Position numbers and translations under genes: made by a program. Positions 42,495-52,902 of a stretch of 64,000 bases of DNA are shown here, one piece after another. Numbering within the stretch: position 1 is the stretch's first letter; every line of letters starts with the position of its first letter. This DNA is from Trypanosoma brucei (Eukaryota): positions 1,952,001 through 2,016,000 of the forward strand of contig CM000208.1 in assembly GCA_000002445.1 (NCBI GenBank). Direction: 5' to 3'. The notes beneath the pieces are model-generated. The model was not told the DNA's origin. It did not search any database and saw nothing but the letters and a program-made list of their open reading frames with translations.

Positions 42495-42965
42495 CTATTT
42501 TGTACACGAAAGCACATGTGTGCCACGGGAGAAGACTTTGCGCCGCCTTTCATCCTGGAAAGAATACTCCACGTGGTGTATATCACTTTCACCATCGCCA
42601 ACAATGCGAGTTATGCACGTGCACTCCGCATTCTCCGGGATGGCTTCAAGATAATTGATCTCAAAGCTGACAGAACGGAACTCTGCTGCGGGTCTCGCAG
42701 CACCCAGATGAATCTGCGTGAAAGTGTCAGCTAAAATGGCTAAAGCACCCCCGTGTGTGGAGCGGAACCCATTCAGTGCCCGTTGGTTCGCCCTCCATGA
42801 GAAACCCATTGACTCGCCATCACAAGCCTTAACACCTGTAGGTGTAAACTGCACCGTCCGCATAACGTTGGAACAGAAACCATCTGAACTGTTAATGAGT
42901 TCTGCTGCCCGCTTCTGTGCTTGGGAGACGGTCACAGTGCCCACCCTACAAAATCCGCGCTGCAT
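42495..42965 (-). CDS. Hotdog-fold acyl-CoA thioesterase (PaaI/THEM2-like)
   Basis: 156-aa ORF with a verified ATG. It has the HGGALAILAD motif characteristic of PaaI/4HBT class II thioesterases, and its size is typical of a single hotdog domain. Confidence 0.65.
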   Translation of the reverse strand: MQRGFCRVGTVTVSQAQKRAAELINSSDGFCSNVMRTVQFTPTGVKACDGESMGFSWRANQRALNGFRSTHGGALAILADTFTQIHLGAARPAAEFRSVSFEINYLEAIPENAECTCITRIVGDGESDIHHVEYSFQDERRRKVFSRGTHVLSCTK

Positions 42966-43438
42966 CTTACGAACTCTCCGTTACCCTCTTACGCCCCCAG
43001 AGTTGTGGAGGCAAACACTCCTTTGTGCCGACCCTTTTCCACCCGCTCAGCGGAAGTGAAACCTTACAGATAGGGTCACAGGAAACCCACCTAAATGATG
43101 ACAAACTACCACAGGAATAAAGCAAGCCAGTGAAGGTGAAGAAAAGTGATCTTGTGTTCAGAGGGGGAAAAGAAGGTACGCGCGCAAAGGTGGGACGAAC
43201 GGGTGCACTCACAAAGGAAGCAGAAGAAGTGCAAACAAGCGAAACCAAACCCACGACAGGTTGGAGTGCCGACGACTGGGATCAAATACCCTCCGGGGAG
43301 TCACCTTTACCATCGCAAATTCGTCTCTCACCTCCCGATGCAACGAAAACAACAACAACAACAACAAAGCCCCTCTCCCCACAAAATCCATTAAGGTGAC
43401 CTCCTCCTGTTATCACTCACGTTACCGATTGGAACTTG

Positions 43439-44503
43439 CTACGACGCAGACCACGTGAACGTGACATCCCCAACTACATCCTCGTGTGAGAGGCCAAACG
43501 TTTGTGGCTCCTCCAAATCAACGAAATGTTTTGCTCGTCGTAGCATACGCTGGCGAGAGGCAGGAAGCACTTTACTGCTATTTTCCATCGCAGTGAACTC
43601 GTTGAACGGAAGACAATTCAGGCTGATCAACTTTTTTTTAACGAGTTTGTCGCCACATGTTCTTGCGTGAAGACTCATCAGTCGTTTTGTAACCTCCTCG
43701 CCGCAACGCCTGCAACGGTAGAAGAAATCACAAGAAAATTCGTCGGGATCGTCGTCACGCGGCCGCTTACGCTGCCCACCATTGATTTTGTGGTGTAGTT
43801 CATCATAAGAGGAACAGCCCCAGTATGTTGAACCGTAGGTGCAGAACACCTCCTCGCCGGGATCTATGTCACGTGCGGCAACAACGAAAACACGTCCCGC
43901 TAGCATGTCGTACTCCTGCATCGCCGCGTTGGCAGCTTCTGGTCCATTGTCGTTGATGAAGGTTGCTAAAGATAAGTGCTCACCGTTCTCATCCACACCA
44001 TCAACAAAATACGCGGCGGTACGGAGTCGCACCACATAAATGCTTTGTTCGTGTTCTTTTGGAGGCCGGCGAAGAAGACGTCCAGTATACTCACACATCA
44101 CGGTGCCCTGCCTCAGGGCCCTGGAAGATCGCAGGAATAATCCAAGACCTGCACGCCTGCCAAGTATAGACTGACGCACTTCAAAGAAACGGTGCTCTGC
44201 CTCGCGAGGGATGTACTTTACGACCTTCCTTTCGCCGACGCGGAGCACCGTCATCCCAAGGTCTTGGTACTCCGGTGTTACAAGAATATTTCTCACCGCT
44301 GCGTTGGAACTATCCTTCAGAACGAATGCATCATCCCCCCAGCGCTCTAACACACCACTTTCCGTCATTTTAAGACACACCGCAGTCATGTTGTCTACCG
44401 ACACAACGCCATGCAATATATCAGCGAGCCGCCTAGCTGTCATGGCTATGCATGCCCGCTGGAGAATTTGCCTCACGATACGCTCCAAAACCTTGCATAT
44501 CAT
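43439..44503 (-). CDS. SET domain-containing protein (putative lysine methyltransferase)
   Basis: The track start is TTG at 44515, and the first ATG is at 44501-44503 (MICKVLERIV...). SET motifs are present: GLGLFLRSSRALRQGTVMCEYTG, EEVFCTYGSTYW and the NDNGPEAANA region. Confidence 0.6.
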   Translation of the reverse strand: MICKVLERIVRQILQRACIAMTARRLADILHGVVSVDNMTAVCLKMTESGVLERWGDDAFVLKDSSNAAVRNILVTPEYQDLGMTVLRVGERKVVKYIPREAEHRFFEVRQSILGRRAGLGLFLRSSRALRQGTVMCEYTGRLLRRPPKEHEQSIYVVRLRTAAYFVDGVDENGEHLSLATFINDNGPEAANAAMQEYDMLAGRVFVVAARDIDPGEEVFCTYGSTYWGCSSYDELHHKINGGQRKRPRDDDPDEFSCDFFYRCRRCGEEVTKRLMSLHARTCGDKLVKKKLISLNCLPFNEFTAMENSSKVLPASRQRMLRRAKHFVDLEEPQTFGLSHEDVVGDVTFTWSAS

Positions 44504-45684
44504 GCACTGTGGCAACTAATCACGGGAGAAGCAGCTGGGTTCGTCCCTCACGTCCCCTAAGTTATTTGTCTCTATCTGTTACGATAAAGCGATGGTATGG
44601 GATATAAAATAAAAGTGACATGATAAAGAAAAAGTTTTCACTGAGGGGGGGGGGCGCGCCCCGTCTGCCGATGGTACTTTCCCTCCTCCAACAGAGTAAC
44701 TCACGCCACCGGATACACCGGGGGCCAGTGACAACCTTAGCAACACATGGAGACAACAATAATAACAGAAAAACAATACGTCTGCCACGGGTGGTTGCGC
44801 GGCAACGTACACGGCAGGTGCAGTCGCGCCCAGATGCACCCGCAACCATCCACGACCTCACGCAGGGCGAGGCTACGATGAAACAACTTTGCATCCACTG
44901 CTTTCGGGTAACCCTTGTGAAGCAGCAGGGATGCCTTCCCTTCAACATTCTAATCGTGTATGGGGAAATATTGCACCACCGAAAAAGAGGAAAAAAAAAG
45001 CCGAAGCAAAGGCAGGAGGAGAAGAGGGGAGTGGTGCCGCTTCACTGAGGAAGTACTACCATTTGCAATGACAGCGCTACCAGGCAGCGGAATAACATTG
45101 CCGGATGCTTGACGTTTGGAAGGGTGAGAGGATGTATAAAAACCCTAACGAAAGAGGCAGCACAGAAAAATAATATTAGAGAAAGTAATAATAACACCAT
45201 ATGAAGACGGAACAAACGGCAAGCATCCGCGTACATAAAACAACTTATCACACCATATATCCATACGGGTACATGAGGTGACGATAGGGTCCCGCACGTG
45301 CACCGCTGTCGGAGTGGGGAAGAGGAAAAAAAAACAAAGCAAAAACAGCGGTCGGATTGTCCACCTTCTCCATGCGACTTTTCATTACTTATATGACTTG
45401 CCGCCCCCAATCACCATCGACACCTCAGATAAGCTAATTTGTTTTCTTTTCAGCCATAGTTTCACCACCGTTCGCGACACAACCAGTTAAGGGGTAAAGA
45501 AAGGAAGAGCAACACGATGCATTCTGCAATCGTTAACATCACCGCCACAAGACCCGTGGCGCAACATTTCGTGCGATCATGCACAAGACTCATGTCATTC
45601 CTTCATATGCATACGCAGCCAAGACCGCTCTTCTTCTGGCTACCACGGCCACACTAATAACTTTGACATTGTTTTCGCCTCTAT

Positions 45685-46509
45685 TCAATTGGTTTTAGCA
45701 ACAGCTAACGACTCACCAGCAGTTCGCTCATTTTTGGCATCGTCACTGTCCAGCAACAGGAGGGGAATCATTCCAAGGAGTAACCCCGTCATAATGCCGA
45801 CCGTCCCACCAATGTGTCCGGCAAAGAATACACGCTTCCCTTTCATCTGGTTTTCTGTTAATGTGGGTACCCTGAAGTTAAACCTCTGCACAGCCTTCTC
45901 AATAACACCATGCAGCTGCATGCCCAAAACACCGGAGAATATGTTCCCCATTGCGGCACAGGTCAGCACGGAGCAATTAAAGTAAAGCCCGAATGAGTTA
46001 TCAATGGCGTCACCTGCGAGAATCATCATTGCGTTGTCGAGGAACCCAAACCCAACAAACGGCAGTCCCGCCACTAAAGCGACCCAAAGCAGTGTGCTGT
46101 ACGGTACTAACTCATCTGCCTCATCCATGGCTTGCTTCTGCAGGCGATCCGTCACCTCCTCATCCTCTTCTTCTTGCCTTCGCCGCAGCGCTCCCTCCAA
46201 CCAATGATCAAAGTCCTTCGGTGAAATAAACCGGTCCTTGTCCACACCAGCGCGCTTCATTTCCGTCACGGCGTTGTCCTTTCCAAACCACTCTATAGCG
46301 CCACCAGCGACAATGAGACGGCGCCTGCTTGCTGCATCGAGTCTACCAATAATGTCGCCGAGAATCTTCGGGTCACTCTCCAAAATATCGACGAGCCGCC
46401 GAAGTTCCTCTTGACTCAAGCGCGGCACTCCTTCCACAGAATGGAACCGTTGCGACCATCGTCTACTGTGAGAAATTCCCCCCGGAATACAACACTGTAT
46501 CCGTCTCAT
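45685..46509 (-). CDS. TMEM65-like (DUF2453) membrane protein
   Basis: The track ORF (to 46686, GTG start) has an N-terminal extension that translates a polypyrimidine tract. The first credible ATG is at 46507-46509 (MRRIQ...). The C-terminal half (LPFVGFGFLDNAMMILAGDAID...LGMIPLLL) matches the conserved TMEM65 core. Confidence 0.5.
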   Translation of the reverse strand: MRRIQCCIPGGISHSRRWSQRFHSVEGVPRLSQEELRRLVDILESDPKILGDIIGRLDAASRRRLIVAGGAIEWFGKDNAVTEMKRAGVDKDRFISPKDFDHWLEGALRRRQEEEDEEVTDRLQKQAMDEADELVPYSTLLWVALVAGLPFVGFGFLDNAMMILAGDAIDNSFGLYFNCSVLTCAAMGNIFSGVLGMQLHGVIEKAVQRFNFRVPTLTENQMKGKRVFFAGHIGGTVGIMTGLLLGMIPLLLLDSDDAKNERTAGESLAVAKTN

Positions 46510-47417
46510 CCCTAGGCAAAGACCCTTTTGGCAACACAACAAACAGCAGCGACGGGAATCGTCGTCTCCGCTGAACAGTAAGAACAAAGCAACGATAAGA
46601 AAGTAGAGAAGCAAATAAAGGGCGGAGGAGAGGGAAAAGAGAAAGGAAGGCAGTGGAAAAAAGGTGTAACAAGTTGCTTCTGGCACCCTGATGAAAGGGA
46701 GCGTGCATATTTAACATACAAAAATATGATGCACATATATATATATATATGTACTTGCATAACTTACCCGGGCAGTTGTGGATACACATGTGTAAATTGG
46801 CACCGGCACCAATGTGAGAGATTCACACGGAGAACAGAGGGGTGCGACGAGGCCGAGAGCGCGTAAAGGACTCCAAGAAAGAATAAAACGAAAAGGACGG
46901 ACCAACAGACGGGTCAAATTGCATGTCGTACTGCCAACCCACAGAGGGAGAGCGTGATCAATACAGCGCCTCCACAGATTTCCCTATGATAGAGGGTGCC
47001 TGATTGATATGGGATGGCCCCATACTGCAACGCCAACCTCAATGCAGGCAGTTAACTGCTCAACTGCCGCTGCGCTCCCATCGGACTCGTACGTTTTCAG
47101 CAACTCATCAGAGAAAACATCAGAGAAATGCTGCATATAATCGTCTCTAGCCTTCTGCACAGCTGAGCTATCGACGGCTTCTGACATGACCAGTGCCCTT
47201 TCGCAACACTTCATGCGGATATATATATATATATGAAGATAGGGGAAGCACAAAATAATACGCTTAGCGAAGTGGAAGGGTGCAGTTGCACAGCACAAAA
47301 CCACACACAGTATGAGGGAGGATGGAAAACATCAAGATACAACGACAGAAGAAATTTACGAGACGGCAGGGTCGCTCGGAGATGTCTGGTAGCGAGTGTG
47401 AGCTAGCTGGCCCGCAT

Positions 47418-50030
47418 CTAAACAACAACAACAACTCCTCGCACATTAACCTGCTCGGCAAGACGAACCTGCACAAAATTAAAAAACTTCGAGCGACTCT
47501 TTTTCACTGAGAAGCCGAGACGCATATGTTCAAGTTTCCTGTTGTGACTCTCCCGCTGCTGAAATAAATCAAACATTTCGCCAGCGTAGGAGGCCTTTAC
47601 ACGACGCGTGTGGCCCACCGTCACGTGAAGCGGAACCGCACAACCTGGGCTCAACTGTAGTTCCTGACGGCGACCATTCAACACCACCGTGGCACCGAGG
47701 CACAAGGCAAAGGGATCGATCAAGACGGAGTGAAGGGTAACGTCCACAGCACTTCCAATAGCTGGCACAGAAACCCACGTCGCAGCACTTGTAGGACCGT
47801 GAAACACTGTGACGTGGGGCAAAGCAGGTTGGCACTCGTACCGATCTTCAAGGGCACGAAACCACACACTTTCTGGTGGTGTTTCCCCCACTTCTCGCCC
47901 GTCAAGAAGCCAACCGCGAAGCCAATGGGTGTGCCCCTTCTCCACTACGCCGGGACGTCGTCTGTTGCCTAAGCCCAGACCACGTTTACACCTTTCCCAC
48001 CAGCTCAACTTCGGCAGATCCACTACCACTGTGATGCTCTTAACAACGTCTGATATAATCTCGTACAACTCGTCGAATTTCACCAACAACTGGACCGCCA
48101 CTGTGTTAACCGCCTTTTTACGACTCACTTCAAGACTTCGCGCAAGGGTCATACTGTCGTTATAATGATCTCCAAGAATCGATGTAGCGAATGTTGCACA
48201 GTGCTTTGTTAGCTCTCTCTCTGCTTGTTGATGATCATAGACAGTGGCACGATGGCGACAGCTCGGAGCAGGCCCATTTGTTTCCTCGTAGAGGAGTAAT
48301 ACCGAGCGGGCGAGGTCCTCAGTCGAGGCTGCTGCAGCATCTAAACAAAAACAAGGCTCACTTTCCAGTGGGGCAACAAACTCCTTTCCCACAGCATAAA
48401 GGGCAGCCTGAGCTTCCTCGGCACCTCGCAGTACGGAGTGGTTTCGTCTTCCAGCAATACGAGACGCTAGGATGTTCCGCTCAGCGCATGCCAAGTAAAC
48501 TATGCGGAAGCTAGCCAACTCTCTGGGAAGCATATAGCGCCACCGCTGCCGTGTGCTCGGCTTGGCGTTGCACGCGTCGAAGATCAGAAGACCCGGTCCC
48601 TCAAGTAGAAATGACAACAAAATTGACTGCCTGAACGCACGTTGCACAAACTGGTGCACCATTGAGCGCAACCTTCGCTTCTTGTGCTTACTCGAAGAGT
48701 CATTGATGCCATGGTGCTCCGCCACGCACTTCGCAACTTCATCCCGACTCAGGTGCAGAATGTAACGAAAAGTAGAACACCCGTTCCCTCCCATTTCCCC
48801 AATTAGCCTTGCGAGTGTGGTTTTTCCCACACCAGGAAGACCACACAAAAAAATGACATCGAGCGGCGCATACGATATAGTCTGGGCCTCTTTTTCGGTG
48901 AACCCGAGGAGTCCCTTATAGGCCTCTTGGACACTCAAGTGGCTACCGCGATAACGCTTATTACCTTGATCATTGATATACGACTCAAATTCGCTGTATA
49001 TCTGGTGTACGCCACGATTTGTTACAGCCTGCTGCAAACATGTGTAGCCGGAGATATGTTCTGTCCATGAGCCGAGAATTTTATGGAAGAGCAACGGGTG
49101 CGCAGCAGATTCGCCGGACACAATAGACCGAAGTGAGCGCAGCACACGGTACTTCACCGTCTTTGCCTTCAAGCGGATCAACAAAGCCGTAAAGGGTGAA
49201 ATCGACTGACTTTCCGGGGAAACACGCTGCACAGTGTCTTCAATGACCACCACATATCCCTCTGCTAGCGCCTCACCAGCGGGATCTTTCCCTTCCCAAT
49301 GCTGCCTCTCTCCTAGCCAAGTGATTAACTCCTCACAATTCTTAACGCGCCAACAAGGAACCGATGGAAACCCCCACTCCTTTGCCATCTTCTGCATGAT
49401 ATCCGGGGGAACACTCACCTCCCGCATATCATCCCGCTTGTGAATGGAGAAAACGACCAGTTTGTTGTCAAACACGGTCCGCTCTGGCACCGGATGGTGC
49501 GAGTCGTCCTTGAGTGAAATGCACTCGCAGCTCACAGCAGCTCTCAACTCGAACAAATCACGCGCCAGCCGTCTACGCTGCTCGGTACTCAACATGGACT
49601 CCAGAATGTGATACGCAATATCGACGTGCGGACCCTCCACAACGTGCTTCGTGACAACGCCAAGCGACTTGCCATCAAGAGAAAACAATGTTACAACAAA
49701 TCCGGCTAGTTTTCTCTGCAACCATATGCCCTGCAGCTTCGCTACATCGCCTTTCCACATCAGGAGATCCCGCTCGACATCCTCGATGTCAAAAAACTTG
49801 TTAACGCCACGCACAACAATTTCGCTGGTATCAGCGCTAAGAAGAAGAGTACGTGCTGCGATGGGCAGGCTTTCTACATCCCCCTGATGAGATTCCTTCA
49901 CAACTAATGAGTTGAATGCGCCAGTGGCGATGAAATGTGCCTTTCCGCTATGAGCGCATTCAACAATGTCTTCCACGTTTGCGCCGTTCCATTCCCTCTT
50001 GAAAAGACACCTTTCAACAAGAACCTCCAT
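47418..50030 (-). CDS. TRL1: tRNA ligase, Trl1 type (ligase domain, P-loop polynucleotide kinase, 2H cyclic phosphodiesterase)
   Basis: 870-aa ORF with an ATG start. A central P-loop (FLCGLPGVGKTTLARLIGE) is kinase-like. Two C-terminal H-x-T-x motifs (LPHVTVFHG and PLHVTVGHTRR) define a 2H phosphoesterase. The N-terminal about 400 aa is the presumed adenylyltransferase domain. This three-domain order is unique to fungal/plant/kinetoplastid Trl1. Confidence 0.55.
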   Translation of the reverse strand: MEVLVERCLFKREWNGANVEDIVECAHSGKAHFIATGAFNSLVVKESHQGDVESLPIAARTLLLSADTSEIVVRGVNKFFDIEDVERDLLMWKGDVAKLQGIWLQRKLAGFVVTLFSLDGKSLGVVTKHVVEGPHVDIAYHILESMLSTEQRRRLARDLFELRAAVSCECISLKDDSHHPVPERTVFDNKLVVFSIHKRDDMREVSVPPDIMQKMAKEWGFPSVPCWRVKNCEELITWLGERQHWEGKDPAGEALAEGYVVVIEDTVQRVSPESQSISPFTALLIRLKAKTVKYRVLRSLRSIVSGESAAHPLLFHKILGSWTEHISGYTCLQQAVTNRGVHQIYSEFESYINDQGNKRYRGSHLSVQEAYKGLLGFTEKEAQTISYAPLDVIFLCGLPGVGKTTLARLIGEMGGNGCSTFRYILHLSRDEVAKCVAEHHGINDSSSKHKKRRLRSMVHQFVQRAFRQSILLSFLLEGPGLLIFDACNAKPSTRQRWRYMLPRELASFRIVYLACAERNILASRIAGRRNHSVLRGAEEAQAALYAVGKEFVAPLESEPCFCLDAAAASTEDLARSVLLLYEETNGPAPSCRHRATVYDHQQAERELTKHCATFATSILGDHYNDSMTLARSLEVSRKKAVNTVAVQLLVKFDELYEIISDVVKSITVVVDLPKLSWWERCKRGLGLGNRRRPGVVEKGHTHWLRGWLLDGREVGETPPESVWFRALEDRYECQPALPHVTVFHGPTSAATWVSVPAIGSAVDVTLHSVLIDPFALCLGATVVLNGRRQELQLSPGCAVPLHVTVGHTRRVKASYAGEMFDLFQQRESHNRKLEHMRLGFSVKKSRSKFFNFVQVRLAEQVNVRGVVVVV

Positions 50031-50224
50031 CCACTACGGAAGGAGGGAAAAAAAAAGAAGCTCGTAGCCAGACAGAGCGGTGCACGGCACAGGGAAACAA
50101 GTGGGTTAAAAAAGGTAAATACTGGTGTACCACTGGCGTCAGGCTGATCTGTCTTCTACTGTGCAAAAAATTTTCCAGGCATCCCCACTTTATCTCCAGC
50201 AGATGACCAATCCTCTTCCTTTCT

Positions 50225-51454
50225 CTATGGTTGCGTCCCAGCAGGGCAATCTTCTTCAGCTGCAGGCGGCGGAGGAGCAACCGTCGGGGCTGGTCCTCGT
50301 TTCCCTTTCCTTCGGCTGCAGTGATGCTTCCTTCGAGAACGCAGCTTTGCGTTCACACCTTTTACAGTTGTTTCTAACTCATCACCAAGAATATCCCTCA
50401 GATAAGGATACGAGTCATCCTCAGCTCCCATACAAAGAAGGAGAACCACGCTGTCTACGTGACCGGCGATGGCAGCATACTGAAGGGGAGTGGCCTTCTG
50501 ACCGAGGCCAAGGACAAACTTTTCCGATAGCCTCTTTAAGCCATAGTGGCGCCGGTTGTACACCACAAATCCTCTCGCACTGACAGCACTGCCATCCAGC
50601 TCTATAAAAGCGTGTAGATCTTTCACACTACCAGCGTAGGCAATTGTCCATATGTTTTTCAGAGAAAACGTGTCGCACTCAAGTGGTCCGGCGTCCTGTG
50701 GTGCAACGGCACTAAACCGAGCAGCAGCATCGAATGACGAGGAGGGCGGCCGCATACGGGAGTCTAACCTCAAAATGGCACTGGCGAGTCGAAGTTGGTG
50801 TGACATATACTTAGCTGTATTACGAGGTGCAACAGAGATTAGCTTCTCATTGCTCCGTTTTAGAACCTTCACAGCCCCTGGCGGCACATCCACGCGGTTG
50901 TACCGAGCACCACCGAACACAACATATGAGGGGAGCGACTTTCTGCATGCGGCCAGTGTGTCCCCGTCTGTGACAACCCCACCTAAAGCGGGAGAGATTT
51001 GTTCAGCCCCACCAACCACGGCGGCCGCCTGCTCTCCGCTCTGCCCTTCACTACCGCCTAGGGCAGCTACCGGCAAAATGGCAGCTTTCGCCGCCACATT
51101 AACGCCACCACACCCTTCAAGTGAAACAGTGAGGGGCTCACTACTCCTGCCTGGACTCAGAGTCGGAGGCAGTTCCGCCGTCAACCTGCTCTCATTTGCC
51201 ACTGCGGGCAGGGTTGAAAGGGGAAGAGGAGGGGTTGATAACAGTGGCATCAACAGATTAGCATCTACGGAGGACAGTGGCTGCTGCAGCGCGCTAATCT
51301 GTGGAATGGGTACTGCCTTTGGTACAGACAGCGAAACCGGCTGCGGCGCAGGCACGGCGAGTACTGGGGGCTGCGGGGTCACCCCTATTGGGTTGTTAAG
51401 AGGAATCGGGGGTGGCGCAGCGGTGGGAGCAGGCGAACCAAACCAACCACTCAT
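50225..51454 (-). CDS. Proline-rich hypothetical protein with a C-terminal ankyrin-like repeat
   Basis: The track ORF (to 51745) starts with TTG and its first 97 aa translate a polyY tract. The ATG at 51452-51454 (MSGWFGSPAPTAAPP...) follows a T15-containing polyY tract and an AG. TPLQYAAIAGHVDSVVLLLCMGA is ankyrin-like. Confidence 0.45.
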   Translation of the reverse strand: MSGWFGSPAPTAAPPPIPLNNPIGVTPQPPVLAVPAPQPVSLSVPKAVPIPQISALQQPLSSVDANLLMPLLSTPPLPLSTLPAVANESRLTAELPPTLSPGRSSEPLTVSLEGCGGVNVAAKAAILPVAALGGSEGQSGEQAAAVVGGAEQISPALGGVVTDGDTLAACRKSLPSYVVFGGARYNRVDVPPGAVKVLKRSNEKLISVAPRNTAKYMSHQLRLASAILRLDSRMRPPSSSFDAAARFSAVAPQDAGPLECDTFSLKNIWTIAYAGSVKDLHAFIELDGSAVSARGFVVYNRRHYGLKRLSEKFVLGLGQKATPLQYAAIAGHVDSVVLLLCMGAEDDSYPYLRDILGDELETTVKGVNAKLRSRRKHHCSRRKGKRGPAPTVAPPPPAAEEDCPAGTQP

Positions 51455-51560
51455 TCCTCCTATATATGAACGGCCGACCCGATGAGTGTAAGAAGCATAT
51501 AGAGGAGAAGGCAAACAAGTATGGGCGACCACAAGCATGCAAAAAAAAAAAAAACAGCAA
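51455..51560 (-). promoter_or_regulatory. Polypyrimidine tract (T15) plus AG trans-splice acceptor upstream of the proline-rich gene
   Basis: Minus-strand reading: gcagttgctg(t)15gcatgc...ccttctcctctatatgcttcttacactcatcgggtcggccgttcatatatAGgaggaATG. Confidence 0.5.
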
Positions 51561-51747
51561 CTGCAACACATCATGTAATGAACATAGTAAAGCAAAGTAA
51601 TAATGATAATAGTAATCAGAGATGAAACCGTGGGCACGATTATCAATCCACACAAGTGTATAACCATATTTATACGAATATATGTATTTGTGCGTGACCA
51701 ATCCCACACGGCGTGACGAGAGGGTACGTGTGCCGGAGAGAACAAGG

Positions 51748-52233
51748 TTATTTTTTTCGCCCAAGCGATACAACATGATCGTATTCACTCTTCTCGACGG
51801 GCTGCACACTCAACCTTGACTGCGAAAATAGCTGCATCGCCTGCAGCTTTTTCTCCTTCTTTAGTTCCTCGAGGGAAACAATTGAAGCAAACTTTTCCTC
51901 AAATTGCACATCGACCATTTCCCACGGGTTCTTCTTGCTTGCTCTTGCATCGTAATATTCTGATTTCGGGTCCAACGCCGTGTGGTCGGGGTATGCAGTC
52001 TTTACAACGGAGGCAAGTCCCACTACACCAGAGGGCTTCGCGTTACTGTGGTAGAACAGTACACAATCTCCAACCTTCATCAACTTCATGTTGTTCCGAG
52101 CAGCATAATTCCGAACCCCGTCCCACGGGGAGCGGGTGCATTTCTTCAGGTCGTCAATCGAAAACTTATTAGGCTCGGACTTCATCAGCCAGTACTGCAC
52201 CCCGGCCGGAGACCGCGGCCTTTTACGATTCAT
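51748..52233 (-). CDS. EVE (PUA-like) domain protein, THYN1 (thymocyte nuclear protein 1)-like
   Basis: The track start is TTG at 52332, and the first ATG is at 52231-52233 (MNRKRPRSPAGVQYWLMKSEP...), giving 161 aa. It aligns along its length with human THYN1: HWLMKSEP, FSIEDLK, WDGVRNYQARN, FFYHSN, AYPDHT, NPxWxMVDVQF and SIQPL. Confidence 0.8.
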   Translation of the reverse strand: MNRKRPRSPAGVQYWLMKSEPNKFSIDDLKKCTRSPWDGVRNYAARNNMKLMKVGDCVLFYHSNAKPSGVVGLASVVKTAYPDHTALDPKSEYYDARASKKNPWEMVDVQFEEKFASIVSLEELKKEKKLQAMQLFSQSRLSVQPVEKSEYDHVVSLGRKK

Positions 52234-52902
52234 CTCCACGCGGCTAAGCCGCCTAAGAGAACTAAAAAATACGATAACCACAAGCAACAAAGATGAGTGA
52301 AATTGCAAAAAGGGAAATATAGGCCACGGCAAGAATGGAGAATTACGCTGGGTAAATTATTTAGAGAAGGGAACGTAATTGGTATTAACGAGGCTAAAGG
52401 AGAAACAGAAACCGACACAATACACGCACAATCACGCACATACGCCGCGCGGAGGCGGAGTTGACAGATGGCGCTGCCCCGGTTTTTGCGACAGACTTAC
52501 AGTGGTGCCTCCCCTGCCACTACAACCACACAAGCGACACCTTCCTCCATTTTCCCTAGAAGTGCACAATAATAAAAACGAGCTAAACTACCCACCACCC
52601 CGCCGAAGGGATCTTTTTTATTTTTTTTTCTGGGCGTCTCCCTTTTCAGTGTTCATTTTTGCCTCCATGTCGGTTCCCAGATCGAGAAAGTGAAAAACCC
52701 CTCGACAACGTGAAAGGAAGATCTACCCGATGAGAAAAATAAGAAAGTGGAGGCCAATAGGCAGTAGAAAGCGTGAAAACTTGACCCTCCACCATCCACT
52801 ACCCCGCCACATTTCGCTTCAGCAGCGGTTCATATGAAGTAAACTGGCAGAAGCAAACAAGCAAAAAGAGTGAATATAAGAACTTCACTGTATCCCCGCC
52901 CG

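Noticed and set aside
50652-51485. 277-aa plus-strand ORF
   Set aside because: Antisense to the proline-rich gene. Its composition (Ala/Gly-rich) is the mirror image of the Pro-rich sense strand.
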